A DNA stretch of 64,000 bases from Chloroflexota bacterium (GCA_002722155.1 PBKS01000009.1:2748-66747), one strand, 5' to 3'. Counted from the first letter of the stretch, positions 47,505-57,502 are shown. Made by a program: numbers and translations. The notes: a model not told the origin generated them from the letters alone.

Positions 47505-47849
47505 TTAACCCAAACTCAAAATCTTTTTCCATTCTGAAGTTACAAATCTTTGGCCCTGGTACAGGATAATAGGTCTTTTGATTAGCCTCGGTTCTTCCAT
47601 CATTAAACTTAATAATTTAGGACCGGTAATATCTGACTTTTCCAAACCCAGCTTTTTAAAAGAGGGGCTTCTCCAAGAAAACAACTCCGATGGATCGTCT
47701 CCCAACAAAATATCCTCAAGTTCCGGTAGAGAAAAAGGATTTTTGAAAAAATCCCTTATATCAAAGTTAAATCCAGCTTGCGAAAGCTCCGCTTGCGCTT
47801 TGGTACAGCTACTTCAACCCTTCCAACCATAAAACATTAAATGCTGCAT
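47505..47849 (-). CDS. ArsC/Spx/YffB-family thioredoxin-fold protein with in-frame TGA (putative selenocysteine, U-S-S-C)
   Basis: ATG 47847..47849 with GGGAG 6 nt upstream. Single in-frame TGA at 47814..47816. Joined product MQHLMFYGWKG-U-SSCTKAQAELSQAGFNFDIRDFFKNP ... RLIKRPIILYQGQ is 114 aa. Confidence 0.6.
47775..47810 (-). other. Candidate SECIS-like stem-loop 3' of the in-frame TGA
   Basis: Outer AGCU/AGCU (47807..47810 with 47775..47778), inner AAAGC/GCUUU (47797..47801 with 47783..47787), and a 9-nt G-containing loop. Folded by eye only. Confidence 0.3.
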
Positions 47850-47874
47850 GACATACTCCCATGATCCACATCGA

Positions 47875-49167
47875 TTATTCAACCACCCTGATAACATTGC
47901 CTATCATTTTAACGACATCCAGTTTCCTTAACCTGGATACGGCTTCTGTAACAGAACTCTCGTTGGCCTTATGCGTCATAATAACCAATTCAGCATCTGT
48001 AGATTTATCTCCCAATCCTTTTTGTATAAAAGAGGAAATACTTATCCCACAATCACCAAACACTGTAGCAATTCTGGCTAGTACTCCCGGCTGATCTACA
48101 GCTTCGAGTCTGAAATAATACTTAGTCGACAATGTATCGATTGATACGACTTCTACCGTTTCAGTTAGCCGCACAGGATCTAATAAATCAGTTCCGCCCG
48201 CTATAGTTCTAGCAATGTTCACAATGTCTGCTACAACAGCGCTACTGGTTGGCAGGGAACCAGCTCCAGGCCCGTGAAATAACACTTTATCTACCAAATC
48301 AGTCTCTATTTCAACTGCATTCAACACATCATCTACCTTAGCCAGCATTTGACCACTTGGTATCATGGCGGGATGAACTCGACCAAGCACACGGGATTCC
48401 ATTCTGGTAGCTATCGCTAGTAATTTTATCGAATATCCCAATTCTTCAGCGTATTGAAAATCTTTATCTGTGAGATTAGTAATGCCTTCAGTAAATATGT
48501 CTGTATTTTTTATACTGGACCGAAAGGCCAAAGTGGATAATATTGACAATTTATATGCCGCATCTATACCTTCCACATCATTGGTCGGATCTGATTCAGC
48601 ATATCCCAATGTCTGAGCCTCAGATAGAACTGACTCATAGTTGACCTGCTCATTAGCCATACGAGTCAATATGTAGTTTGTCGTCCCATTAATGATCGCC
48701 TTTATAGATTTGACATCATTCGCAACAAGGTCACGCATCAATGGGGAAATTATCGGTACACCTCCGCCGACACTAGCCTCAAAAAGAACCCTAACATTAT
48801 TCTCTCTAGCTAATGAAAATATTTCAGCCCCATGCTTTGATATTACTTCCTTATTTGCGGTAACCACGTGCTTACCATTTTTTACCGCCCCTAGAATAAA
48901 TTCCAATGCAGGATGTTCGCCACCCATTAATTCCACAATGATTTGTACTGAATCATCCTTTATTAATTTCTCAGGTTCCTCTCCCAAAATGTTTTTACCA
49001 ATTGGGAAAGATCTTTGTTTGCGGCTATCACGCACCGCCACTTTATTTAAATTTAAGGGTAGCCCAACTTGATTTCTTAAGGTGGAAGAACCTTCAATTA
49101 TTAACCTCGCGACACCAGACCCTACAACTCCCATTCCTATAAGGCCAACTCCAATAGAAGTCCTCAT
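47875..49167 (-). CDS. hom: Homoserine dehydrogenase
   Basis: GLIGMGVVGSG NAD motif, central catalytic domain, C-terminal ACT domain (YYFRLEAVDQPGVLARI). Confidence 0.9.
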   Translation of the reverse strand: MRTSIGVGLIGMGVVGSGVARLIIEGSSTLRNQVGLPLNLNKVAVRDSRKQRSFPIGKNILGEEPEKLIKDDSVQIIVELMGGEHPALEFILGAVKNGKHVVTANKEVISKHGAEIFSLARENNVRVLFEASVGGGVPIISPLMRDLVANDVKSIKAIINGTTNYILTRMANEQVNYESVLSEAQTLGYAESDPTNDVEGIDAAYKLSILSTLAFRSSIKNTDIFTEGITNLTDKDFQYAEELGYSIKLLAIATRMESRVLGRVHPAMIPSGQMLAKVDDVLNAVEIETDLVDKVLFHGPGAGSLPTSSAVVADIVNIARTIAGGTDLLDPVRLTETVEVVSIDTLSTKYYFRLEAVDQPGVLARIATVFGDCGISISSFIQKGLGDKSTDAELVIMTHKANESSVTEAVSRLRKLDVVKMIGNVIRVVE

Positions 49168-49176
49168 TGTCCGTCC

Positions 49177-50286
49177 TTATCTAGAATTTAAAATTGATTG
49201 AAATGGGTCAGGTGTCGGCTCAGGCGCACGAGACGATAAACGCAACTGTTGAAATACCCAATTGTAAATATCGGAATTAAATATCGCATAAACATCATGA
49301 TTGATTCTTTCATCATTAACCCAATCTTGAAGGGCCTTTGACTTTAATTCATCACGGACTTCCGAGGTCAATTCCCTGGCCGTTTGACGCTCAGATACCA
49401 TAAAGAAAAAGGTCTGAGTTACATCTTCTTTATTCTGAACTGGATCACTTAATTCGCCTGGTTCGAGCAGAAAAAAATCTCGCTCATACTCAGGTATAGT
49501 CCCCTCCGCGACCCACCCCATATCTCCACCCATCCTAACCATTTCTGGTAAGTCTATTGAAAATTCTCTTGTAATTTCAATAAAAGCCAACTGCAGCTCA
49601 TTTGGGTCGATGATATCTTTTACGGCATCCTTAAATTTAACTCGCATTATATCCATTTCGCCGGTTTGGGGCATGACAATCCTAAAAAGATGAACCTGTT
49701 CTGCGACAAAAGGAACTGATTCTCCCACTTGCTGGCGAAATTTTTCCCTGAGTATGGCCTTATGCACCAAGGCTCTATGAGTTAATTCATCGATTTCAAT
49801 GGTGTTTAAATATGCTAAATATCTCTCAGCAGTCTCTCTAGCAATTTGGTCATCTGATTTGCCTGAAGCCATCCTATTATCTGGGCGCATCGTCAAGTAT
49901 ATTTGTTTATCTATTTCATCATCGGAGACAAAAACACCTTGAGATGGAGCCATTTGAACCAGTATTTCATTTTCTACCATCATTTGAAGAGACTCAAATA
50001 TGTCATTACTGGCATCAAATGTCCCTCCCATAAATTCAGCACTTTTTTGTCTAATCCTAACGACCTCTACCAAATCTCCCCTTGTGTATTCCACACCATC
50101 AACCCTAACTACTAATTCTCGATGTGGCATTACGAAAACGACAATATACCCGGCTATAAAAATTGAAAGTACAACCAAAAATGCGAGAGCTAGAAATCCG
50201 ATTGTTAATTTCTGGCGACGTCTTAAAATAGGTTGCTGCATAGCAACTCTTCTTCTATCTAAGCGTAAATGACGACCAGAACTCAC
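49177..50286 (-). CDS. Membrane-anchored parvulin-type peptidyl-prolyl isomerase (SurA/PrsA-like)
   Basis: N-terminal TM helix, SurA-N-like region, PpiC block (GGDMGWVAEGTIPEYERDFFLLEPGELSDPV). Confidence 0.7.
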   Translation of the reverse strand: MSSGRHLRLDRRRVAMQQPILRRRQKLTIGFLALAFLVVLSIFIAGYIVVFVMPHRELVVRVDGVEYTRGDLVEVVRIRQKSAEFMGGTFDASNDIFESLQMMVENEILVQMAPSQGVFVSDDEIDKQIYLTMRPDNRMASGKSDDQIARETAERYLAYLNTIEIDELTHRALVHKAILREKFRQQVGESVPFVAEQVHLFRIVMPQTGEMDIMRVKFKDAVKDIIDPNELQLAFIEITREFSIDLPEMVRMGGDMGWVAEGTIPEYERDFFLLEPGELSDPVQNKEDVTQTFFFMVSERQTARELTSEVRDELKSKALQDWVNDERINHDVYAIFNSDIYNWVFQQLRLSSRAPEPTPDPFQSILNSR

Positions 50287-50346
50287 TTGATAAAGACTTT
50301 CCCAAATAATTAGTGAAATAGGCTGTGGGAGGACATTCGGGCTCCC

Positions 50347-50652
50347 CTAGGAATTCCTTGGCCTATAATGCACAGGGAAAGTACCTTTCTGGGCTGGAGA
50401 AAAAGGCAGTAGAGCCAAATGACGGGCCTTTTTAACTGCCTTCGCCAACGACCTTTGACATTTGGCGCACATACCACTTTTCCTACGAGCCTCAATCATA
50501 TACCTTTCTGAAAGAAACTTTTTTAGGTATTCAACGTCCTTATAATCCAGTTCCTTCTTATCTACACAAGGTTGGCATACTTTCCTACGTGAATAAAAGC
50601 GCGGCCTAGATGTAGGTCTCCTTTGTTGGCTAGCTTCATTTTCTGTTGTCAT
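50347..50652 (-). CDS. rpsR: 30S ribosomal protein S18
   Basis: [49 protein letters not shown]. Confidence 0.9.
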   Translation of the reverse strand: MTTENEASQQRRPTSRPRFYSRRKVCQPCVDKKELDYKDVEYLKKFLSERYMIEARRKSGMCAKCQRSLAKAVKKARHLALLPFSPAQKGTFPVHYRPRNS

Positions 50653-50706
50653 TCATAGACTCCGCTTTCATTTATTGTACTTAGAAAAAACCTGCAATAG
50701 CGTTCA

Positions 50707-51144
50707 TCACCAAGGTAAATCATCCTCAATTTCGCTCCCTTCTTCAATTGGCGAACCTCCCGATTCCTGTGAGGATCTTTCTTCAGTAAATCCACCAGTG
50801 GGTCCTCCAGTGCCACCTCGGCTGTCAATAAACCTAACTTCTGACGCATTTACATCTAGAGACACTCTAGTCTCTCCATCATTGGCCACATAAGTTCGAC
50901 TGCTCAACCTACCTTCCAAATATACCTTACTTCCTCGCTGCAAATATTGGTTGCATGTCTCGGCCAACCTATTCCAAGCACTAATCCTAAACCATTCCGT
51001 TTCCTCTCTATTTTCTCCATCAGAAGTTCTGTACCTACGGTTGGTGGCAACGGTGAATGATGTAACAGGGTTACCGTTGGGCGTGTACCTCATTTCCGGA
51101 TCCGAGCCCAAATTCCCTATTATTAATATTTTGTTCATAGTCAT
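50707..51144 (-). CDS. ssb: Single-stranded DNA-binding protein
   Basis: MNKILIIGNLGSDPEMRYTPNG OB fold, Gly-rich linker, acidic tip EDDLPW. Confidence 0.9.
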   Translation of the reverse strand: MTMNKILIIGNLGSDPEMRYTPNGNPVTSFTVATNRRYRTSDGENREETEWFRISAWNRLAETCNQYLQRGSKVYLEGRLSSRTYVANDGETRVSLDVNASEVRFIDSRGGTGGPTGGFTEERSSQESGGSPIEEGSEIEDDLPW

Positions 51145-51171
51145 TTTGAACCCCCGCGTCCCTTTTAAAAT

Positions 51172-51471
51172 TTAAACTTTGGATATCAAATGCACCAAAA
51201 CTTCCTGGTTAGCATTCAATGTTCTTTCCAGTTCCTTGACACTGGATGACTCCATTGTTACATCGGCTTTGTAGTAACTACCCTCCTGATAATTTCTGAC
51301 CAAGTAGGAAAGTCTTTTTACTCCCCACTCTTCACGGGCATTCACTTCCCCACCCGACGATGTGATAAATTCACTGATATTATCTACAATCTCTGAGGCT
51401 TCAGTCTCAGTCGCTACAGGAGAGAGAGCAACTACTAGTTCATAATTACGTTTTCTTTCAGCCAAGTCCAA
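51172..51471 (-). CDS. rpsF: 30S ribosomal protein S6
   Basis: RNYELVVALSP ... EEWGVKRLSY. rpsF-ssb-rpsR order. Confidence 0.9.
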   Translation of the reverse strand: MDLAERKRNYELVVALSPVATETEASEIVDNISEFITSSGGEVNAREEWGVKRLSYLVRNYQEGSYYKADVTMESSSVKELERTLNANQEVLVHLISKV

Positions 51472-51615
51472 AGTACTCCCACGATTATTTTTTTACCAAC
51501 CTTCAGTATAGCATGCTATAGCTGGTCTCAACAATTTTCGGCACCTTAATTTTCCCCACCTATAACTTAATTATGAAATGTAAAATCCCAATGTAAGTGT
51601 TAAGATTCTTCAATA

Positions 51616-52437
51616 TTGATACCCCTGGAGAAACTAATGGTATTCAAAGAAAATCCTAGCGTATATCTTGTCACTAAACCAGCCATCAATTGGTCACAAA
51701 TTGCTAATTTTTTTATAGACGAGAACGTACCTCCCATACCTGACTCAGTAAGAGCCGGTAATGACGAATCAGCAGCAGTAATAGAGATCTCAGCCAGAAT
51801 GTGCTACATGAGCTACGGAAGAGGCCGCCGAGATATAACCGATTTTATTAACAATCTTCTAAGTTCTAAAGACGGAAGTGTGTTCGAACATGTAAATTAT
51901 GGGTTTATAATCACGGGAGTATCGAGAAGCCTGACTCACGAGCTTGTTCGTCACAGAGCAGGATTCGCCTACAGCCAAAGGTCACAAAGGTATGTAGATG
52001 AAACGGAAGGGACGTTTGTTATCCCACCAGCATTATCAACTACAAGAGATGCCACTGAGGCGGCTCGGAAAGTCTTAGACGACGCATTGATACATGCTTC
52101 TGAAAGCTATGTTGAGTTGGTAAATGCTCTTGAAAAATCACTACCAAAATCAATTTTTGAAACTAATACCGATAGACGGAAAGCCATAAGGCAAGCCGCT
52201 AGGTCAGTCCTGCCAAATGCTACTGAAACGAAGATTTTCGTTACGGCAAATGTTAGAGCACTAAGACACTTCATTGAAATGAGAGGAGCGATATTTGCTG
52301 ACTGGGAAATAAGGTTCCTGGCAATAGAAATATTAAAACTCTTGCAAGAGGAAGCCCCCCTCCTATTTGGCGATTTTGTGGTCGAGGATTTAGGAGATGG
52401 CACACAAATAACATACCCTAAATACTCTAAGGTATGA
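51616..52437 (+). CDS. thyX: FAD-dependent thymidylate synthase
   Basis: ThyX signature LVRHRAGFAYSQRSQRY (RHRxxSxxxxSxR). Confidence 0.9.
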   Translation: MIPLEKLMVFKENPSVYLVTKPAINWSQIANFFIDENVPPIPDSVRAGNDESAAVIEISARMCYMSYGRGRRDITDFINNLLSSKDGSVFEHVNYGFIITGVSRSLTHELVRHRAGFAYSQRSQRYVDETEGTFVIPPALSTTRDATEAARKVLDDALIHASESYVELVNALEKSLPKSIFETNTDRRKAIRQAARSVLPNATETKIFVTANVRALRHFIEMRGAIFADWEIRFLAIEILKLLQEEAPLLFGDFVVEDLGDGTQITYPKYSKV

Positions 52438-52578
52438 ATGGTGGGACCTTGCGCTTTATTTTCCTATATATGATTGCGGCAGTGTAATTTCTAGCATTTC
52501 AACAATTTTAAAAGATGTAACAATATTATTCCTACTATTACCTACCTGAATTGAAAGGGTACAGGAGAAGCCAAACTT

Positions 52579-53361
52579 ATGAAGTGGGTACGGTACCAAT
52601 TAAAAGATGAGACATCTTACGGGTTACTGGATAATAATATTGTTACAAAAATAGATGGATCTCCATTTTCTGAATACCAAACCACGGATCAAAATATAAC
52701 TCTGGATAGAGTGAAAATATTGCCCCCAGTCATACCAAAAACATTTTATGCTGCGGGTATAAATTACAAGAAACATGTTTCAGAAGCAGCAGCTCTCCTA
52801 AATAGAGCGCCGAATCTACCTGAAAAGGCTGATATTGGCTACAGGGCAAACAATGCAATAATAGGCCATGAAGATCCTATCGTTATACCCAGAGACGCCA
52901 CCAACAAAATCCATTATGAAGCTGAACTAGTAGTTGTTATTGGAAAAACCGCCAAAAACGTACGTATGCAAAACGCATTGCACTATGTACTAGGCTATAC
53001 AATTGGCAACGACGTCAGTGAGCGAACTTGGCAAGCTTCGGACAGAACTTTATGGAGAGCCAAGAATACCGACACATTTAAACCTATGGGGCCTTGGATT
53101 GAAACTGAAGCAAACCTTGATGAAATGATTACCACAGTAAGACTCAATGGAAGAGAAACTATTTCTTTTCAAACCAACGACATGATTTTTGGAGTTGAAA
53201 AATATATATCAGAAATTAGCAAATATATTACCCTACAGCCTAGAGATGTAATTTGGATGGGAACGGACGGAACATCTGAAGACATGAAAGATGGTGACAC
53301 CTGTGAAATCGAAATATCTGGTGTCGGAAGACTCAGCAACCCTGTCACTAGAGCTACTTAG
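52579..53361 (+). CDS. Fumarylacetoacetate hydrolase (FAH) family protein
   Basis: YEAELVVVIGK ... GYTIGNDVSER ... KNTDTFKPMGPW. Confidence 0.85.
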   Translation: MKWVRYQLKDETSYGLLDNNIVTKIDGSPFSEYQTTDQNITLDRVKILPPVIPKTFYAAGINYKKHVSEAAALLNRAPNLPEKADIGYRANNAIIGHEDPIVIPRDATNKIHYEAELVVVIGKTAKNVRMQNALHYVLGYTIGNDVSERTWQASDRTLWRAKNTDTFKPMGPWIETEANLDEMITTVRLNGRETISFQTNDMIFGVEKYISEISKYITLQPRDVIWMGTDGTSEDMKDGDTCEIEISGVGRLSNPVTRAT

Positions 53362-53389
53362 GCACCTCTAGCCTATTAATTAAGGAGGT

Positions 53390-54340
53390 ATGATGAGCAC
53401 AATAGAATCAGTTCTCGGCCCATTAGAGACATCCAAACTGGGATTCACCTTGTCTCATGAGCACATCGTTGTGAGTTCCGCCGGAATCCCTCAAATATAT
53501 CCAGAATTTATCCAAAGAGATGAGTCTATAGCTGAGGCTATAAAGGTATTAACTCATGCGAAAACAGAGGGTTTGGACTCGATAATCGATGTAACCACCC
53601 TGGATTTAGGCAGAGATATTCACATGCTGGAGCAAGTCTCGAAAGAGTCGGGAGTTAACATAATTTGCGCTACGGGGACATGGAGAGATATACCTAGGGC
53701 ATTTTGGAATGCTCCCATTGGAAAAGTAGCTGATTTATATAAAAGGGAGATAAGTACGGGTATAGAAGACACCAATATAAAGGCGGGAATAATTAAAGTA
53801 GCCAATGACACTGGAGGTGTCACCAGGGAAGGTGAAATAATACTCAGAGCCGCAGCGAGAGCGCAAAAAGAAACAGGAGTACCCATTTCCACCCATACTT
53901 GGGCCCCAGATCGGGTAGGTGAACAGCAGGTCAGAATATTTGAGGATGAAAATGTCGATTTAAACAAAGTCTATATTGGACACAGTAATGACACAACGGA
54001 CATTCACTATCTGGAAACCCTGCTAGACAAAGGAGTTTGGATTGGTCTGGACAGATACCCTGGCGGCCGAACGATGGGAACCCCTAACTGGGAGCAGAGA
54101 ACTGAGACTGCTATGAAGCTAATAGCAGATGGTTACGGGGGTAAAATTATGCTTGGCCATGATTGGTCGGTTACTTTGAGCATAGACTCGAAAGAAGGGC
54201 AAGCCAGTCGATCCAAATATAATCCAGATGGGTACTTGTTCATAACTAGGCAAGTACTTCCAAGACTCAAAGAGTTAGGTGCCTCAGAACAAGATATACA
54301 AAATATTATGGTTGATAATCCGAGAAGGTTTTTTGAATGA
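53390..54340 (+). CDS. Phosphotriesterase-related (PTE/Php) family metal hydrolase
   Basis: TLSHEHI, TGTW, IKVA, STHT, IGHSND, LGHDW metal-ligand pattern. Confidence 0.85.
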   Translation: MMSTIESVLGPLETSKLGFTLSHEHIVVSSAGIPQIYPEFIQRDESIAEAIKVLTHAKTEGLDSIIDVTTLDLGRDIHMLEQVSKESGVNIICATGTWRDIPRAFWNAPIGKVADLYKREISTGIEDTNIKAGIIKVANDTGGVTREGEIILRAAARAQKETGVPISTHTWAPDRVGEQQVRIFEDENVDLNKVYIGHSNDTTDIHYLETLLDKGVWIGLDRYPGGRTMGTPNWEQRTETAMKLIADGYGGKIMLGHDWSVTLSIDSKEGQASRSKYNPDGYLFITRQVLPRLKELGASEQDIQNIMVDNPRRFFE

Positions 54341-54348
54341 CGAAACTA

Positions 54349-54382
54349 AAAGTGCCCGTGGCAAATTTGCCACGAGCACTTT
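54349..54382 (+). terminator. 17-bp near-perfect palindromic hairpin after the PTE gene
   Basis: AAAGTGCCCGTGGCAAA / TTTGCCACGAGCACTTT with one mismatch. Ends in TTT only. Confidence 0.4.
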
Positions 54383-54580
54383 ACATGTGGAGGCGTTCCA
54401 GAGAACACCTACCTGGTCGACCTCCTACTACTACTATCCAACGCGACTTACCTCCTTTTAAAAGACCCTCTATAAGCTTTCATCCACCCATGCGTTTCTG
54501 TCTTCCAAACATATTATATATGGAGGCATAATAAAAAGTGGATACTAATTATCGAACAAAATTCATTTAGGACAATTACT

Positions 54581-54940
54581 TTGGTCAAATTCTCTGGAGC
54601 GATCATATGGACTAACGATTTGGTTCGCATGCAACTTTTTTATGAAAATATGCTAAATCTCAAACCTCATTCAGTCAGAGACAATTTCATTGCATATCGA
54701 TGGCACGATTTAAGATTTAGCATTGGATTACATTCAGATGTACACGGAAGTTCAAAAGAACCGTTCCGTATTATGCTAAATTTTGACGTGCCTGACATAC
54801 AAGAAGTCACAGATCTATTAAAAAACAACGGGGTTACTTTCCTTAGGAATCCTGAGAAAGAACATTGGGGCGGTTGGGTATCCACATTCTTAGACCCAGA
54901 TGGAAATACAATCCAATTACTTCAACAACCAGATCTCTAA
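54581..54940 (+). CDS. VOC (glyoxalase/bleomycin-resistance) family protein
   Basis: 119-aa paired beta-alpha-beta-beta-beta pattern (... FLDPDGNTIQL). TTG start. Confidence 0.7.
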   Translation: MVKFSGAIIWTNDLVRMQLFYENMLNLKPHSVRDNFIAYRWHDLRFSIGLHSDVHGSSKEPFRIMLNFDVPDIQEVTDLLKNNGVTFLRNPEKEHWGGWVSTFLDPDGNTIQLLQQPDL

Positions 54941-55308
54941 TCGTCTTCAAAACCCGGCTTCCTTAAATTGACAGCTCCTCTCAGATATACATTTACGATA
55001 TCAGCAGAAGATTTATCAGTATTCACATGAACCATAACTCGAATACATTTCCCTAGTGCTCCAGGAACTTGCATCTCATGGGCGCACATCAGAGCTACAT
55101 CCACCCATCCCATTTTCCGAGCAGCAACCGGCGGAAATACTGCATTCAAATCTTGGGTAGTTGTAAAGAAAGCACTGATTATATCGTCCAACTCAAGAGA
55201 ATTTTGTTTTGTTAATTCCTCCAACATTTCTGTTGTAGCAGCAAGAATCTCTTCGGAACTGTTTATAGGAGCTGTAATAGCACCTCTTATAGCCCTTACT
55301 TGGGACAT
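54937..55308 (-). CDS. aroH: Chorismate mutase, AroH class
   Basis: VRAIRGAITAP ... IISAFFTTTQDLNAVFP ... ALMCAHEMQVPGALGKCIRVMVHV. Confidence 0.85.
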   Translation of the reverse strand: MSQVRAIRGAITAPINSSEEILAATTEMLEELTKQNSLELDDIISAFFTTTQDLNAVFPPVAARKMGWVDVALMCAHEMQVPGALGKCIRVMVHVNTDKSSADIVNVYLRGAVNLRKPGFEDD

Positions 55309-55324
55309 TTCAACCTCTTTTAAT

Positions 55325-56116
55325 TTATCTGACGATTATGTTCTTTATGAATTCAGCAGCAGCTTCAATCTCATCACCCTGTTCTGCCCCTGAAATATGG
55401 TCCAGAAAAGCACTTCCTACAACTGCACCTTCTGCAAATTCCGATATTTTCTCAACATCCTTTTTCTGCGATACTCCAAACCCTACCAGCACCGGAAGAC
55501 TGGTATGAGATCTTATTCTTTTAACTAAACCTTCCACTCCTGTAGAAATACCATCACGAGCCCCTGTGACTCCCGTCAGACTCACACAATATATAAATCC
55601 TCCAGCGTCCTTACACGATTGTTTTATCCTCTCTTCTGTGCTGGTCGGTGCCAACAAAGGAATATGGTGTATCCCGTTTTCCACGCAGAGCCTAGATATT
55701 GCCTCAGACTCTTCCATTGGTAAATCAGGAATTATCACACCGTCCAATCCACGTTTAGATGCCTCCGATAAAAAAGACTCTAACCCATACTGGAGAAAAG
55801 GGTTGAAATAACCCATAAAAATAATTGGTGAAGTATCATCATTTTCTCTTATAGTAGTTAAGACATCCATACAAACAGCAAGGCTGACCCCATTTTCGAG
55901 AGCTTTAAAACTGGTTTTTTGAATGGTCGGACCATCTGCTATAGGATCACTAAACGGGATGCCTAGCTCCAACATATCTGCTCCAGATTCTAAAACTTTC
56001 AGAGCTATATCCGCCGATTCTTGTATATTTGGATATCCGACGGTCAGATACGGAACAAGAGTAGGCCGGTTATCTGATCTAGTACTGAGAATTTTTGCGT
56101 CAATTCTATTTTTCAC
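55325..56116 (-). CDS. trpA: Tryptophan synthase alpha chain
   Basis: LVPYLTVGYP ... LELGIPFSDPIADGPTIQ ... GVTGAR. Confidence 0.9.
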   Translation of the reverse strand: MKNRIDAKILSTRSDNRPTLVPYLTVGYPNIQESADIALKVLESGADMLELGIPFSDPIADGPTIQKTSFKALENGVSLAVCMDVLTTIRENDDTSPIIFMGYFNPFLQYGLESFLSEASKRGLDGVIIPDLPMEESEAISRLCVENGIHHIPLLAPTSTEERIKQSCKDAGGFIYCVSLTGVTGARDGISTGVEGLVKRIRSHTSLPVLVGFGVSQKKDVEKISEFAEGAVVGSAFLDHISGAEQGDEIEAAAEFIKNIIVR

Positions 56117-56168
56117 TTATACAAACACCCAAAGAATATGTAGTTTCCTGTTGACCATTCTGCCTAAT

Positions 56169-56876
56169 TCAAGCTGAAGCCGCAACTACCGCCACTAGTA
56201 AATTTTGAGCGGAATGCGAAAGAAAAGGCGCCCAAATTGTCCCAGTTTTGATAAAAAGGGCAGATATTAACACAGAACTAATGAACACCGGAACGTACAG
56301 GCCAGGATGAGAATGAACAAGCATGAAAATTAGAGATGCCAAAAGTATTGATTTAATTTCCCCATAATAAGTCACCCAAACGCTGAGCAATAATCCTCTG
56401 AAAAACAGTTCTTCCATCAAAGGTACCCATATAGCTATAGCAAACAAATTTACTATTACGAAACTTCCTTCTCCCAAGATACCTTTGGTGATTTGTGGGG
56501 GCATTAAGTAGGTAACATCCATTTTGTAAACTACAAGTGAGTAAATAAAAATTGCTCCCACGCTGAGTACAACAGTCAATAGGGAAGCAGAAACCCACCT
56601 TTGATTATTCGGCATAGTAAAGAAAGATTTCATTCCCTTGTAACCGAGCCCAGAAAATGAAAGAACCAGCCCTAAAAGCAATAATTGTGGAACGGCCAAA
56701 ATCCATGGGTAATACCAAGGAACAGGTGAACATTGAACATCTGAACATAGAGTGACTTTAAGAAAAATTGTAATAAAGAAAGTAGTAAATAAAATCCCTA
56801 TCGACAATAAATTAAAATTACCTAGAGAAACGGGCCGACCCCAAACAAACAGGTCAGAGTCTAACTCTTTAGCCAT
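56169..56876 (-). CDS. CPBP-family intramembrane glutamic endopeptidase (CAAX protease-like)
   Basis: EELFFRGLL motif 1, FMLVH motif 2, multi-TM. Confidence 0.75.
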   Translation of the reverse strand: MAKELDSDLFVWGRPVSLGNFNLLSIGILFTTFFITIFLKVTLCSDVQCSPVPWYYPWILAVPQLLLLGLVLSFSGLGYKGMKSFFTMPNNQRWVSASLLTVVLSVGAIFIYSLVVYKMDVTYLMPPQITKGILGEGSFVIVNLFAIAIWVPLMEELFFRGLLLSVWVTYYGEIKSILLASLIFMLVHSHPGLYVPVFISSVLISALFIKTGTIWAPFLSHSAQNLLVAVVAASA

Positions 56877-57502
56877 TCGACATCTCCGAAGAGATCATCT
56901 GGATGGTTCTTTGAGGAATATACTTCGTATTCTTTTTTTGATTCACCTAGTATCCCATCATCACCATGACCAGGATAGAAGCAAACTTCGTCGTCAAACA
57001 CAAATAATTTCTGACTAATACTTTCAATTATCTCTTTCAAATGAGCTGGTGATTTTGTTTTACCTGGACCACCAGGAAATAAGGTGTCTCCTGTAAAGAG
57101 ATGCCCATCTATATAAAGACAAGTAGAACCGTCAGTATGACCTGGGGTATGAATTGACTGTATCAATAAGTCACCTATTTGTATATCTTTACCATCACTT
57201 AAAGAAAGATCAGGGGACACAGGGAGCAGGCTAGCATCAGCCTCTCCGATAGCCACCTTAGCGGGAATATCGTTAGTGACCTCCTCAAAGCCAAGTAAAT
57301 GATCCATATGATTATGTGTAATTGCTATGTATTCGACTTGGGTCGTAGAAGCTACAGCTAATAATACAGCTGGCTCCGCGGGAGTATCGATCAAAAGACT
57401 TTGATTTGTTTTATTACATACCAATATGTAGGCATTGTTACCATACGGGCCAGAAGTAATCTTATGGATTGTAAGGCGCTCATTAATATAATGTGGTTTC
57501 AT
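56861..57502 (-). CDS. MBL-fold metallo-hydrolase (glyoxalase II-like)
   Basis: ITHNHMDHLLG, HTPGHTDGS, GDTLF ... PGHG. Confidence 0.8.
   Translation of the reverse strand: MKPHYINERLTIHKITSGPYGNNAYILVCNKTNQSLLIDTPAEPAVLLAVASTTQVEYIAITHNHMDHLLGFEEVTNDIPAKVAIGEADASLLPVSPDLSLSDGKDIQIGDLLIQSIHTPGHTDGSTCLYIDGHLFTGDTLFPGGPGKTKSPAHLKEIIESISQKLFVFDDEVCFYPGHGDDGILGESKKEYEVYSSKNHPDDLFGDVEWLKS

Noticed and set aside
50653-50706. ssb and rpsR are in the same reading frame 54 nt apart, which raised the question of read-through or recoding
   Set aside because: ssb ends with the canonical acidic tip (EDDLPW) at a normal stop, and rpsR has its own N-terminus. The shared frame is coincidental. The same applies to the hspR/grpE and yceD/rpmF pairs.
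54337-54531. 64-aa plus-strand ORF after the PTE gene (Pro/Arg-rich)
   Set aside because: Implausible composition and no SD. It starts inside the PTE stop region and runs through the terminator-like palindrome.
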